From Lingula anatina (lineage: Eukaryota > Animalia > Brachiopoda): a stretch of 64,000 bases of DNA. Shown here one piece after another: positions 50,061 to 61,599 of this stretch (the first letter of the stretch is position 1; every line of letters starts with the position of its first letter). The notes below the pieces were generated by a model. It was given only the letters and a program-made list of their open reading frames with translations. It ran no database searches and was not told the DNA's origin. The DNA lies in assembly GCA_051362555.1 (NCBI GenBank), contig CM120645.1, positions 6,448,001 to 6,512,000 of the forward strand, given 5' to 3'. Made by a program: the position numbers and the translations under genes.

Positions 50061-50325
50061 GGAAACTGTGTTCTAGTTGAACCACAGAGTAGTAATTGAA
50101 GGTATTAATTTTTACCAACAAGAGATGGCTGCTGAATAAACGGATTTTGAAAATGTATAAGGCATGGGGTTGTCAGATCCTGGGAGTATTGCTGCATGTT
50201 ATTTGCACAAAATACTCTATAGGTATATATTTTGATTTGGTTTTCTACAACTTTAATTTCATGCTCAGTGCCATGTTTGTCTTATTCTTATACTGCATTT
50301 TCAAAGATTTATGTTCTTATTTTAG

Positions 50326-50383
50326 ATGGGTATGAAGGCAGCATTGGTTCAGAAGCACTGGAGTTACTGATGGAGGAAATCAA
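50326..50383 (+). CDS. Tudor gene coding exon 13 (DGYEGSIGSEALELLMEEIN)
   Basis: tttag| acceptor, TCAA|gtgagt donor, phase 1 to 2. Confidence 0.82.
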
Positions 50384-50621
50384 GTGAGTAGAATACTTAA
50401 CAGGTGGCTGTTAACACTCACAAGGTGATAGCTAGCACCAAGAAAGGCTTATAGTTAAGCTATTTTCTAGTATGCCTGGAAATATGTGGAAAATTTTATT
50501 TGAGCATCATCAGTTGCATGTACAATCGTATTCAATAATTGTCAAAGTAAGCCTTGTCCAATGTGTGAAAAACTTGTCCATGTTTCGATGAATTCTATAT
50601 TTTTTTACTAATATTTTTCAG

Positions 50622-50766
50622 TGAAGACTACTCCAGCTCTGTGTACAGAGACACTGACCTAGTGGGTCATGCCTGCGGTGAGATCGTGGTCGCTCAGTTT
50701 AGTGATGATGACCTTTGGTACCGTGCAAAGGTCATTGACACAGACATGGAGAATGAAAAAGTAGAG
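50622..50766 (+). CDS. Tudor gene coding exon 14 (eTudor-3: GEIVVAQFSDDDLWYRAKV)
   Basis: tttcag| acceptor, GAG|gtaaaa donor, phase 2 to 0. Confidence 0.92.
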
Positions 50767-51110
50767 GTAAAAGCTGTATTTTATAAAGATAGGGATAGAC
50801 AGATCACCAAGCTGATTGAAGAGTTCTTATGTGTTGTACAGTCGTGTTTTGTTTAGAATTCGATCATTAGAATATTTCATATTAAATGGAAATTAATGCC
50901 ATGCATGAATATTTTACATTTTATTGCTGCATGCACAAATGTTTGTTTATATGTGATTCCATACCCTTATTAATATTATAGAATTTTACCTTTACTGTAC
51001 ATTTATATATTTATACAGTCATGTTTTAAGAAGAAAGAAAATCCACCAGAGATACTTTCTAGGCATGTGTTTTAAAAAATTAGTTTTAAAAAATGATAAT
51101 CATGTTTCAG

Positions 51111-51268
51111 GTTTTCTACATGGACTTTGGCAACACAGAGTGGGTATCAGAGAGCAGGCTGCGGACAATAAAGAAGCACTATCTGGAGCTGCCATTCCAG
51201 GCTGTGGAGTGTTTCCTGGCCGGAGTAGAGGCCACCAGCGAGGACGGGACTTGGACCAGAGAGGGAAA
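51111..51268 (+). CDS. Tudor gene coding exon 15 (eTudor-3: VFYMDFGNTEWV...LPFQAVECFLAGV)
   Basis: tttcag| acceptor, GGAAA|gtaggg donor, phase 0 to 2. Confidence 0.92.
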
Positions 51269-51439
51269 GTAGGGAACAAGTTTTAAGCCTATCAAAAAGA
51301 TTTTTTAAAAGTATTTTTATCATGATTAATCATCCTCATGCAGCTAAAACTGCAAGTTTTTGAAAACAGTGAAAAAATAAATAAATTCACGTATATTTAC
51401 TGAAATAAATAGTTTTTTGCCCACTCTTTTTTGTTTCAG

Positions 51440-51496
51440 AGAGCATTTTAGTCAGATGACAGATGGAAAAGTGTTGTTTGCAAAAGTAGTCAAAAG
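51440..51496 (+). CDS. Tudor gene coding exon 16 (EHFSQMTDGKVLFAKVVK)
   Basis: tttcag| acceptor, AAAAG|gtaagg donor, phase 2 to 2. Confidence 0.87.
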
Positions 51497-51718
51497 GTAA
51501 GGCTGCAGAACTTACAAGTAGTGTTTCTACTTAATCTGCTAACAGTAGACACTATAATACTTCATGCTTATTCTGTATTTTAATTTATTATGTCATTTGT
51601 CAGAGTAGGAACTAAAGCCAATTATAATTTTGCATTTCTAATCTCCAATAGAAAATCCATTTCCAGTAGCTATTTTCCCCTCAGGTTAAACTATGCAGTT
51701 TTAAATTTTAGGTAGTAA

Positions 51719-54700
51719 CCCAGACAGCCTCAGTGATCTGGCCCACGTCTGGCCCAGATCTGGCAACGTCTGGCAATGTCCGGCAAAAGGTATGGCCCAC
51801 GTATGGCTTGCCACATGTGGGCCAGATGTGGCAATGTTTGGGCCAGATCTGGCCCAGACATTGCCACATCTGGCCCAGTCCACATTTGCTCATATGGCCA
51901 GATGTCGGCCCAGATCTGGCAATATCTGGCAAAGGTATGGCATGCCAGATGTGGGCCAGATCATATTCAAATGGGCCAGATTAGGGCCAGACTTGGACCA
52001 CATATGGCCCAGATTGTTTTTTTTTATTATTTCACATTTGCTCATGTGGCCAGATGTCGGCCCAGATCTGGCAATATCTGGCAAAGGTATGGCATGCCGG
52101 ATGTGGACCAGAAGTGGGCCAGATTAGGGCCGGACATGGACCACATATGGCTCAGATTGTTTTTTTTTTTCTTTTTTTAAATTTTTTTTAAATATTAAAT
52201 AAGATTACTATAAAAAAAGACATACAAGATTCAAGATTCAAGTATTTATTCTGTGCTAAAACCCTTAACAAAATTATTACACATTATATAACCTTGCTGG
52301 CAACTAACATGTAACAAATTAAGGGCCACTCCTTGTCTTTTTGTCAAAACAATGTATGTTTGAAAAAAAAAACTACACTGCAAAAAGGCAAATATACAGA
52401 CACTTAACAGGAGGAAATATCACTTACATACATGTAAAGAAAACAGTTATAACAACAATTTTTTTTTCAACACAAAGCTGCTCATCGAATCTGAATTAAC
52501 ACAAATTACAAAAATTGTAATTAATTATGCATGTACATGGGGGGGGGGGGGAGGGGTTTGAGGGGGAAATATTTTTGCACACCTCAACCTAAATAATATT
52601 ATACATTATCATTTTTAAACTAATTCAAACATATCATTAATAATAATAATCACTAATGAATATAGTTTTGTAATGAATAAATCTTGAAAAATGAATGAAA
52701 AAACATTGTCTTTTAGATGATGGAGAGTTATAACAAAATTATAAATAACCATGCAGTAACTGTTTCAATTCAACTTGCATGATGGCTACAGTACTGTACA
52801 TACATGTTAATTCTGAAAAAAAATATGTATACTCCAGCACAGATATAGATGTACAATTAAAAGAGAATTACATGTGCACAAAAACAAACCCCAGTATCAA
52901 TGCTTTTGAATTTAATCACATCACGAATCAAATCACTCAATGAATTGAACCAGTTTGCAATGCTTGCGCTTTTTTCAAATCCATAACACTAAGAAATGAT
53001 ACTCCTTGACAAGCTTATAATTATTAAAGGAATCAACAATGGAACAAGTAACTCTACCAAGTTAACAACAGTTCATTCAAATGTCAAGTCAAAACACAAC
53101 ATCCCTTCCTTTCTTGGAGAGAAACGGTCCTTTCAAAACATGTTAATTGACAGTTCAGTCTTTAAAATGTCTTTTCAAACATTTGCAGAATAGCATATGA
53201 ACTCCAACTTTTATTCCTTAAACCACACTGAAAATTCTCAAAACTAATCAACTCATATCAAATCCCATGTCCTTTCACTAATACTGGTCTCTTCCTTTGC
53301 TTGCCTTTATGTCACATTCAAATGTTCCCTTCACTTTTAAAGGTTTCTCAGACGTGTATGAATAATACTGTTTTTTGTTCTGGTCTTCCACAAGAGCCAC
53401 ATTTATTTTTCTTCGATTTCAGCATTCTCCATGTATTTTCATCAATGATATTACAATATGCACCTGAATCTGGTAATACACTGAGATTAACACCTCCTCT
53501 ATTTCCTCCATGTCTTCTGTGTATATTGCATTGGTTCCCACACCAAATGTATATGCACTCCTGGATTATCATGTTCAAAGCTGTCATTTACATGAATAAT
53601 AGTTTCAGTTTTGCAGACTTTTGCAAAGTGATCCAACGTTCCATGTTTTCTCAGTCAGGGAGTTTCTACTTCGTTTTTCATGTCTAAACTCGTAATGTTT
53701 AGACTGGCTTGGTTTGTCAAATGACTTCGGTTTCATCATACTCACAGTTTCTGGTGTTCCAATTTCATTCAAAGCGTTAACTGTCTTATGTATATTCATG
53801 TTTCTAACCTGTGGGAGTCCTGAAAATATCTTGTACACCTGTCCCTGCTGAATACAACATAAGCGCGCGTCTCCTCTGTCATGTATTTTTAATTTTCTAT
53901 CTTTGTTCATTATTCATGCCGTCCGTTGGTTTTGAAAAGATCAATCTTTTCCGTCAGCGAAGAGGTTAAAACTGTCAAGCCATCCCGTCGAGCGTGACCC
54001 TAATGTCTCCGGTGTCACGTGAAGAAACCGTCGTCGTGAATAAACCGTTCTGACGGACCACACCGGACTTCTGTACGGTTCGAATTCCGTAATTTCACAT
54101 TTTTCCTCCATTTTTTCAAAGAAAGTTGGCTCACAGTTTTGCACTAGTGTTAATCCTCGTCGCCAGTGTTGATGCCTTCGAAATAAATCGCATCACGAAT
54201 CAAATCACTCAACGAATTGTATCAGTTTGATACGCTTGTGCTTTTTTCATATCCACAACTCTAAGAAACGCTACATCCGGGTCCTTGATCGGCTTAGCAT
54301 AAAAAGCGGAATCTTACAACAGCGGAACGAGTAGTTCAAAAAAGTTTTAGAACAGTGAATTAATTCAAATGTCAAGTCAAATTAAACAAATAGCACACTT
54401 ATGAGGGGACTTTGAAGAAAAGACGAGAGAGATCAATTAAATCAAAATTTATCAAATGACGTCAGTTCAATGCATTCAGCTCACTGGTCAATAAAAAATA
54501 AATAAATAGAAAATAAAAATTGAAAATGAAAGTACCATATCTGGCCCAAGTCTGGGCAGCATCTGGCAAAATGTGGCATAAATGCCAGACTTTGCCAGAC
54601 TTGGCCCAGATCTGGCAAGTGTCTGGCAAAATGTGGCATAAATGCCAGACTTTGCCAGACTTGGCCCAGATCTGGCAAGTGTCTGGCAAAATCTGGCCCA

Positions 54701-54762
54701 GATATTGCCAGACGTTGCCAGATCTGGGCCAGACGTGGGCCAGATTACTGAGGCTGTCTGGG
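51719..54762. mobile_element. Non-autonomous CMC/EnSpm(CACTA)-like DNA transposon, 3044 bp, in the last Tudor intron
   Basis: 59-bp TIR CCCAGACAGCCTCAGT(G/A)ATCTGGCCCACG... with 1 mismatch; AA on both flanks (2-bp TSD); dense subterminal CTGGCCC/GCCAGA repeats at 51719-52155 and 54535-54762; no transposase ORF. Confidence 0.8.
52895..54388 (-). mobile_element. Decayed, internally deleted Ty3/Gypsy LTR retrotransposon inside the DNA transposon
   Basis: Diverged direct repeats at about 54167-54388 (5' LTR) and 52895-53101 (3' LTR); PBS TGGCGACGAGGAT (54153-54165) matching the tRNA-Ser(GCT) 3' end; PPT AAGAAAGGAAGGGA followed by TGTTG (53102-53115); frameshifted gag relics (WLDSFNLFADGK; QRRRALMLYSAGTGVQDIF) and a protease relic (LPDSGAYCNIIDENTW). 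Confidence 0.82.
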
Positions 54763-55000
54763 AAATTATTTATATCTACACCTTCTTTCTTTCCTCTGTT
54801 TTAATGTGAAATTCAATGGTGAAATTCAATTGAAATCCTCTCATTGCACCCTGAGATTCAGAGTTTACTAGAAACTCAAACACCTCTTTTTACTGGAAAT
54901 GTCAGTGCCTTGGATATATACTGATGAAAGAGATCAGGTGCCAGTAAACGCAATTGTCTCCTTGGCCCATCTTTCCAATTTGATTGCTCTACATTTTCAG

Positions 55001-55181
55001 GTTCAGCAACTGCGCCATTCAGGTCCAATTGTACGACAGCTCTGGAGAGACGGATGTGAATATAGCCGATGCCCTGGTGCAGTCAGGGTATGCTAAGAGA
55101 ACAACAGATACTGTTTCTCCCTCTTCTCCCAAAGGTAACCAAGGCCTCAAGGAGAAGATAGTGTCGTGGGTGCCAGGATGA
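55001..55181 (+). CDS. Tudor gene last coding exon (VQLYDSSGETDVNIADALVQSGYA...WVPG*)
   Basis: tttcag| acceptor, phase 2, TGA at 55179-55181; V-N-I-x-x-x-L-V-x-x-G-Y-A SN-fold end. Confidence 0.9.
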
Positions 55182-55667
55182 ATTGGGTTTGGTTCAACTT
55201 TTTAAGCTTTTTTAGTCCACTTTTTTTTAAAGAAAATTAGTTTACAGTCAAGTTAAAGATGTTAGATTCCAAAGTTCCATAGGATTAAAATGTGATATTG
55301 GTCTATAAGTGCAAGTAATTTAGTTTTCTTTAGAGGTGCAAATAATGTTTTTTTTTCTTTATTACACTTTAGTCCAAATATACACTTATGTTTAAAGACA
55401 TTGAGTGAACATTAATGTTTGATACATTTTTTTGTAGAAAATTATCTTAGATGCTAAAGGAAAAATTGTCAAGTTAAAAATGTAGAAAGCAATTTTGAGT
55501 AGTACTAAGTAAACTGTTAGTTCATTTGCGTTATAGGAACTTACCTCTGGGTAAAACAACCAAACTTCTGTGCCAAAAAAGTAACTGAGTAATCTTTTCA
55601 AACAACTTATAAACTTGTACCAGGCAGTATTAAGTGTATTGTTGCTACTGAACTTTGTTGATTTTCA

Positions 55668-55673
55668 AATAAA
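55668..55673 (+). terminator. Candidate polyadenylation signal of the Tudor gene
   Basis: AATAAA about 490 nt after the stop codon; another candidate lies near 56290. Confidence 0.45.
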
Positions 55674-56460
55674 AACTGTTTAAATGTACATCTTGTGATG
55701 TCTTATAGATTTTGCATAGTATGGGGTAACTTAAAATCAACTGCAACATTGGCAGATCAGAGATTTTGTAAATTATAAATTATAAATTTTTGTCTTGCCT
55801 CAAACAGTAGAAGATTGCAGTTTTACTATAATAATTGGTTTTGTCTTGTTTTGCTTGATTGTTTAATTGGGGGGAGGGGAGAGGAGATACTTTCAGAGTT
55901 AAGAGAATTAAGAAGCCTATGAAGTTAAGAAGTTGTCATGTCGATCACAAATCTGCAACCACACCCTTTCAAAATCAAAAAGTCAGTACATGTACCTGCC
56001 TTTTCTGTCCAGTGATGTGACTTATGTCCTTGGTCCAAAACCTCAATCGGTATGCTCTCAAAAAATCATGTTGCCATGGTTATGGAGAAAATTGAATTTC
56101 TGACTAATTACAGAAAATGGAATTTCTGACTAATTACATTAAGTTGTTGGAGCTGAAAATGTTGAAACTGACAGCTATTACAGAATTAAGCCTTGATTTT
56201 GTTTTGAGATCACAAATACATAAACAGTAGAAGTTTGAAATTCTTTTTTTTTTTTTTTTTGTATCATACCAATCTGTTGAATATTATCAAATAAATAAAC
56301 AGACCATTGCAGTAATATTTAATTTTAAAACTAGGTATTCTGCAAAAAGAAATATACATAATTATGTCAATCAGCTGACATTTTATACATCAACATGTAC
56401 ATCATCACACAATCCAAGAATAATTCAAATACTTTTTTTTTTTTTTTTTTTTGAAAACTC

Positions 56461-56466
56461 TTTATT
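56461..56466 (-). terminator. Candidate polyadenylation signal of the podocalyxin-like gene (3' UTR about 2.5 kb)
   Basis: TTTATT on the plus strand is AATAAA on the minus strand; followed by a genomic A-run (T20 at about 56433-56452). Confidence 0.35.
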
Positions 56467-58939
56467 TATCACTTTAACAATATGTTGACGGCTACAATAT
56501 GGTATATACCACCTAGCAAAAGACTATTATACAGGCTATTCACTGCAGAAATGAAACATTGTGGCACAGATGCACTGTATTAGGTAGGTTTTTAAGACTA
56601 TGGTACAATTATAATTACAGTATACTGCCCAGAATACAACTTCTAAATGGTACAAAATACTTCAATAACAAATTCACTTTGGCACATGAAAGGGATGGAT
56701 TATATTTTTTTTTTTAATATTAAAGACATGGCTCCTACTATAACTGACATCAAATATGGACTTTCATTAAAAGAATTTTTTTCAAGCATCATTTTCTATC
56801 ATTTAGGAAGAATTATTTCAAAGTACTAACCTTCCACATAATACAAGCAAGTAATCATACCACCAACTTGACCCTATAGACAACATTCTTCAAATTAAAA
56901 AAAAATAAAGGTATTTACACAAGTTCCATGATCAAACAAAAGAATCAGAAATATGCATAAAATACAGGAAGTATAGCATGTAACAATGAATACATTTTAT
57001 TTAAGTTGAGGGAAACTTATTGCAGGAAGTATGATTAGATAAAATATTTTTTTAACAAAAAAAAAAAATACTGGGAATTGTGTGGATAGCAATAAAACCT
57101 ACATGGTAAGCTACAGGTTATGCAAAAATAAGTTTTTTTTATTTCTGTATACCTTTATACTTCATGTATGTCTTTTTTTTTAATTCTTTTTTAAATACTA
57201 GACTGGCTATCTGAATATCTATAGTTAATGTGTAGAAGCTGTAAAATTTACACATTATTGCTATTTACATGCATAACTTGTCTAGCAATAATGTGAACTT
57301 AGTAAATTAATCTATAATCCTTTCTTTGACTGGATACCTATAAAACGCGATCGACTATATTTAATTTTTTGTACAAAACAAATGATCATCTTAAGAAGCA
57401 ATCATCTCTCCAAGTCATCCACAACTGTCTAATTTAAATAATGTTATTTTAAATGGCAATCTCTAATATAAAGTAACCTACCTACACCCGAGGCACAGAG
57501 CATTGGAAAGGACTCTCTACTGCCTGCTGGTTACAGGGTAGAGTGCCCAATTAACTCTGCCACACAGGGTGCCCATAATGTACCTAAGTTGTCTAAAAAT
57601 CTTTTTCCTTTTTTTATGCAGCTAAAACTCCACAATACATTGGAATTGAGGTATAATTCGGCCTAAGACAAGGATACAACATCTATCCTGGTCTTGTAAT
57701 GCTTCCTGGTTTCTCTGTGTGTGCAAAAAATACCGATTGTAGAATGTTACCTTATTTTATTGTTTCTATCATACCCATAACTACATGTACATTGCAGTTC
57801 CTGACAGCCGAGCCAATATATCTACATCTAACTTTTCTCAAATTAATGTCACAGATTCAGCTGGCCCTTAGACTTTTAAAACCACTTCATCCAAGGCTAC
57901 ACTACAGTTAGTGGTTTAAACACCCTTACCAGGAATTGGTTTGCCTTGTCGTTTTCAACCTTTGACTTTGGCCATATATATCAATAGTATCTAAGAAACC
58001 AAGGTCAGATATCTAAAGGTCAAGGTGGGATATCTGAGGGTTCAAGGTCAGAGGTTCTACACAGAGGGATGGTTACAATGCTGAACTGCTGCTTTACAAT
58101 CAGATAACATCAGAAATACATGTTACTGTAATTGGTATATTGAAGTTATTATAGAAGTATTTTACATAATAGTTTTTACAAAAGTATTAAGAAAAAAAAA
58201 AGGTTTCGTATAGCAAAACAACTTCATCCTGATTCTTAGTTCTCATGCAATCTTCTCATTGTTGGCATTTAGACATTTTACACTAACAAATGACATCAGA
58301 CAACAAGTAGCCTCACAACACAAAGCTGTTTCATTGCATTGGTTTTTTAATTATTATAATTATACTCACAAATTTCAAAAACATTACCCACACATCCCAT
58401 TTCAAGCATCGTAATATTCTGTTACTTAAAAAAGGAATAAAAATATTATTCAAGCTAAAGTCAGTTTTTTTTTTCATGAAATATTTCAGTACACATAAGA
58501 AAAAATTATTCATTCTGAAATAATGCAACTTCACAATATTTTGTGAGAGAGAGTACAGTTCAATTTTCGAATTACTATTCTACCATAAAACAACAGTTTG
58601 TCTTACACCAACAGTATGACCTTTTTAATTTGCAATTGATTTAAATTCCTAGTAATAATCTTAAGTTTTCTTTCAAATAAATTTGACTTCTAAATTCTTA
58701 TGAGGCAGAATATGAAGGAGTTTGTGTTCTTTGCTTAAAATCACTTGTTTCACTACAAACTTCCTTATATTTGTTTGCCAGCTAGAAAATATTACTTAAA
58801 CATCCAAGAACAATTCTCTGGTGACCAAATAAAGCTATTTTTGGACGACCTTATTTATTTTATCTGCTTGCTTATACTTGATGGCAGAATTGTTTCTTAA
58901 TTTAAAGTTTAAGGTACATGTATATTTGGACCTCATTAG

Positions 58940-59188
58940 CTACAGTTTAGTATCCTCTACCTCCGGTTGTTCAAGTTCTTCTGGGCTCAGTTCTGAGATG
59001 GGTACTACCCATCCATTGTTCTTCTCATCATCATCTGCAATAACATTGCCATTTCCATTGGGTGTCACTGCAGGGTTCGCCTTTTCTAACATAGGGGCTT
59101 CATCCCTGGTAATCTCCTCATCTGGTATGGGGTTCTCATGTACCTCCTGCAGGGGTTTCTTAGTGCCTGCCTCCAAGTCACCATCATC
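58940..59188 (-). CDS. Podocalyxin/CD34-like sialomucin, last exon (cytoplasmic tail ...HENP...MLEK...NGWVVPISELSPEELEQPEVEDTKL*)
   Basis: gttag| acceptor, phase 0, TAG stop; class I PDZ-binding end DTKL. Confidence 0.85.
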   Translation of the reverse strand, partial: DDGDLEAGTKKPLQEVHENPIPDEEITRDEAPMLEKANPAVTPNGNGNVIADDDEKNNGWVVPISELSPEELEQPEVEDTKL

Positions 59189-59619
59189 CTAACATAATAT
59201 TAAATTGTGACTTTGTATCAATGCCTTGATGTTTTAGGTATTCTGTTTCATTTGATTTTTTAAAGATTATATGAGAAAATTCAATAAACGAGTATTTTTT
59301 GTTGTAAGAGGTTTTAAAAACTAACAACAAGAATACCAATTTGTTATATTTGACTGGATTAAGTTTGATTTAGCTAAGATGCGACTGCTCAGTGAAGCAG
59401 ATCAGGAATTGGATGTGCTAGGTTTAACTGTGTCAGATTTAATTGTGTTGAGATGTGACTTAAATATTTAATCAAGATTTGGCAAGAAATGTATTTGGTG
59501 TGACTGTCAGATTTGCTTGCATCAAGATTTGACCATTCATTAAATCGGGGGTTTTGGAGAAATGTGCTTAGTGTAAATGTGTAAGGTGTAAAATTGCTGA
59601 GCTGTGACTTTCTACCAAC

Positions 59620-59865
59620 CTTAAGGTAGCTCTTGTCCCTCTTCTGACAGCATCTGCATCTGCAACATCTACGGCACTTGAGCCAAATAATACCAACTAT
59701 AATCACCACAATACACACACATGCCAGAACTGCCATGGCAATAAACAGTCCCATATGGGCCTCCAGGGGGGTCAAACGGCCACTGGCAGCCGCTGGTTTG
59801 GGTGCCGTAGTCGGGTAGAGGTCATTAGGTAGGCCAGCATAAACATCCGTCACATTCAGATTAAC
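59620..59865 (-). CDS. Podocalyxin/CD34-like protein, transmembrane exon (GLFIAMAVLACVCIVVIIVGIIWL then KCRRCCRCRCCQKR)
   Basis: ttgcag| acceptor, AAG|gttggt donor, phase 0 to 0; single TM helix with a basic, Cys-rich juxtamembrane segment. Confidence 0.88.
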
Positions 59866-60030
59866 CTGCAATACAAAACATGTGACTGGTAAGAGCGACT
59901 TACAATGATATTTACAGCTTTATTTTAACAGTTAGTTTCTGTTAGTCCCATCATTTAAAATGTTCTCTTAACACAGACCAACAAACCTCTTTTGGTCATT
60001 CCTATCAAAGTACAAATCAAAAATGTTTAA

Positions 60031-60268
60031 GGCACCATTCCCATACACCCCATTGGTCTGGGTAGATTGATGTGGCTCTGTGGGGACTCTTTCTGAATGC
60101 AGTCAGTTTAACAAATTAACACACTTCTCCGGCATTAAATAGAATACAGAAAAGCTGGTGAATGAAACAACAAGAGACTTGTCTTTCAGTTAAGATGAGT
60201 GCACTCAGCAAAATCCCCAAAGATTGGATCAATATACATAGACCAATGGTGTCTGTTGGAATGGGATC
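60031..60268. mobile_element. MITE (CCATTCC-type TIR) in an intron of the podocalyxin-like gene
   Basis: About 40-bp imperfect TIR (CCATTCCCATACACCCCATTGGTCT / AGACCAATGGTGTCTGTTGGAATGG); interior shared with about 31425-31500. Confidence 0.6.
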
Positions 60269-60366
60269 AAACTCTGTCACACAGATCTGTTTTTCTCAAG
60301 TTAACATTTGTTAAATCTCTTACAAATAATTATTGCTTCTCAAGCGTTCTTGTTTTGGTCACTTAC

Positions 60367-60443
60367 TTCCTTTTCTAATCTCCGTTTGTTTTCTAGCTGT
60401 GATAATAGATCCAGAAGTTTACCTCTTGGAAGTATTGTCTCTC
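60367..60443 (-). CDS. Podocalyxin/CD34-like protein exon (GETILPRGKLLDLLSQLENKRRLEKE)
   Basis: taaag| acceptor, GAA|gtaagt donor, phase 1 to 0. Confidence 0.8.
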
Positions 60444-60750
60444 CTTTAATTAACAGAGCAATGGTGCATAATAGCTTTAAGCAGTAAGTACAAAGTTATA
60501 CAACCTTTCATAGGTAATATATGTTAATAATTATTATAAATATTGTTTAATATAAATAAATGTATAACAATACAAAATACTTCAAACCATTCCCACAGTT
60601 GGTCATGTCATGCAGATTAATTTTACAACTGCATAACAGTGATCAAAAGACCAAGGAAATTAGGTTGGCTCCCTACATGTAGAAATAACAATCACCCTGT
60701 TAATAAGTTTTTCAATGTCTCACTCTAACAAACTTTCACAACTTTCTCAC

Positions 60751-60949
60751 CTGTTCCATTCCTATTCCTGATGTATACAGCCACTTCCAACTCCCCATTC
60801 TTGTTCACCCTGGGCGTGGGATTAACAATGACTATGTCATCTAAATCCAACTTGTCACCATCTGCTCTCTTGCGTCTGCTCCTTGACTGATCTTTGAAGT
60901 AGTCGTTCAAAATGGCCAACAAGGCCAGGCGAAATTGTTTTGCAAAGTC
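60751..60949 (-). CDS. Podocalyxin/CD34-like protein exon (SEA-like globular domain with RSRRKR furin-type site)
   Basis: ttacag| acceptor, ACAG|gtgaga donor, phase 0 to 1; DFAKQFRLALLAILNDY...DIVIVNP...LEVAVYI alpha/beta pattern. Confidence 0.85.
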
Positions 60950-61101
60950 CTGTAACTGAATTGAAATTTTGATAAAAAAATAAAAAGTTAGTTAATTTTG
61001 TCATTAATATTGCTCTATAGGATATATATTAATTTAAGATTCAGATTTGAAGTGTTATACAGATCTTCTGAAATGTCTAGTAAACATATATACATTCATT
61101 A

Positions 61102-61242
61102 GGGGGGCCGTAGCAATAGTCCAAGGTTCATTGTTCTGGATGTTCACTATAGAACCTTTGGACCAATGAACCCTTGATTAAAAACGGATAAAAATGTTAC
61201 CATTTTTTGGACCAATGAACCTTCAGACTATGGGGACGCACC
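61102..61242. mobile_element. Small decayed MITE with inverted ATAGTC..AAGGTTCATTG motifs
   Basis: ATAGTCCAAGGTTCATTG at left versus CAATGAACCTTCAGACTAT at right; GGG...CCC ends. Confidence 0.5.
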
Positions 61243-61358
61243 CTCATCAGGCAGATTATCAAAACCAATCACCATTTACAAACCAGCCAATCGTACCCTT
61301 ATGTTCTGCCAATTTTTCATCTAACTGCTCCCAACACAATGTCATGTCCCATCCACCA

Positions 61359-61577
61359 CACTCCAATTTAATATCTTGTCACAGCCATCATACTACCTCG
61401 CTTTATCTTTACCACACCTAACACAATCTTGCATTTCATACTCAGTCACATCTAACGCACTCCAATTTAATATCTTGTCACACCCATCATACTACCTTGC
61501 TTTATCTTTACCACACCTAACACAATCTTGCATTTCATGCTCAGTCACATCTAACGCACTCCAATTTAATATCTTGC
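61359..61577. repeat. 99-bp tandem repeat, about 2.2 copies
   Basis: CACTCCAATTTAATATCTTG recurs at 61359, 61458 and 61557. Confidence 0.9.
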
Positions 61578-61599
61578 CACACATAAAAAACTGCCCTAC

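Larger units (their letters stand above)
1174..55181 (+). other. Gene span: multi-Tudor (3 extended Tudor) plus CCCH zinc-finger protein, Krimper-like/TDRD piRNA-pathway candidate, about 1683 aa, 17 coding exons
   Basis: The 17 GT-AG exons below join with consistent phases into a 5052-nt ORF; three W/F-Y-R ... Y-x-D-Y/F-G-N-x-E Tudor signatures with SN-like flanks; C-x8-C-x5-C-x3-H finger. Confidence 0.88.

Noticed and set aside
51701-52180. Cluster of overlapping W/P/G-rich ORFs (also 54462-54804)
   Set aside because: These arise from GC-rich subterminal repeats of the CMC-like transposon; no transposase motifs.
53301-54144. Possible intact host gene or transposase inside the DNA transposon
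   Set aside because: The fragments are frameshifted Gypsy gag and protease relics bounded by LTRs, PBS and PPT.
59389-59619. Read-through extension of the TM exon (VGRKSQLSNF...) as an alternative tail
   Set aside because: It is intron sequence after a valid donor; retention is possible but unsupported without transcripts.
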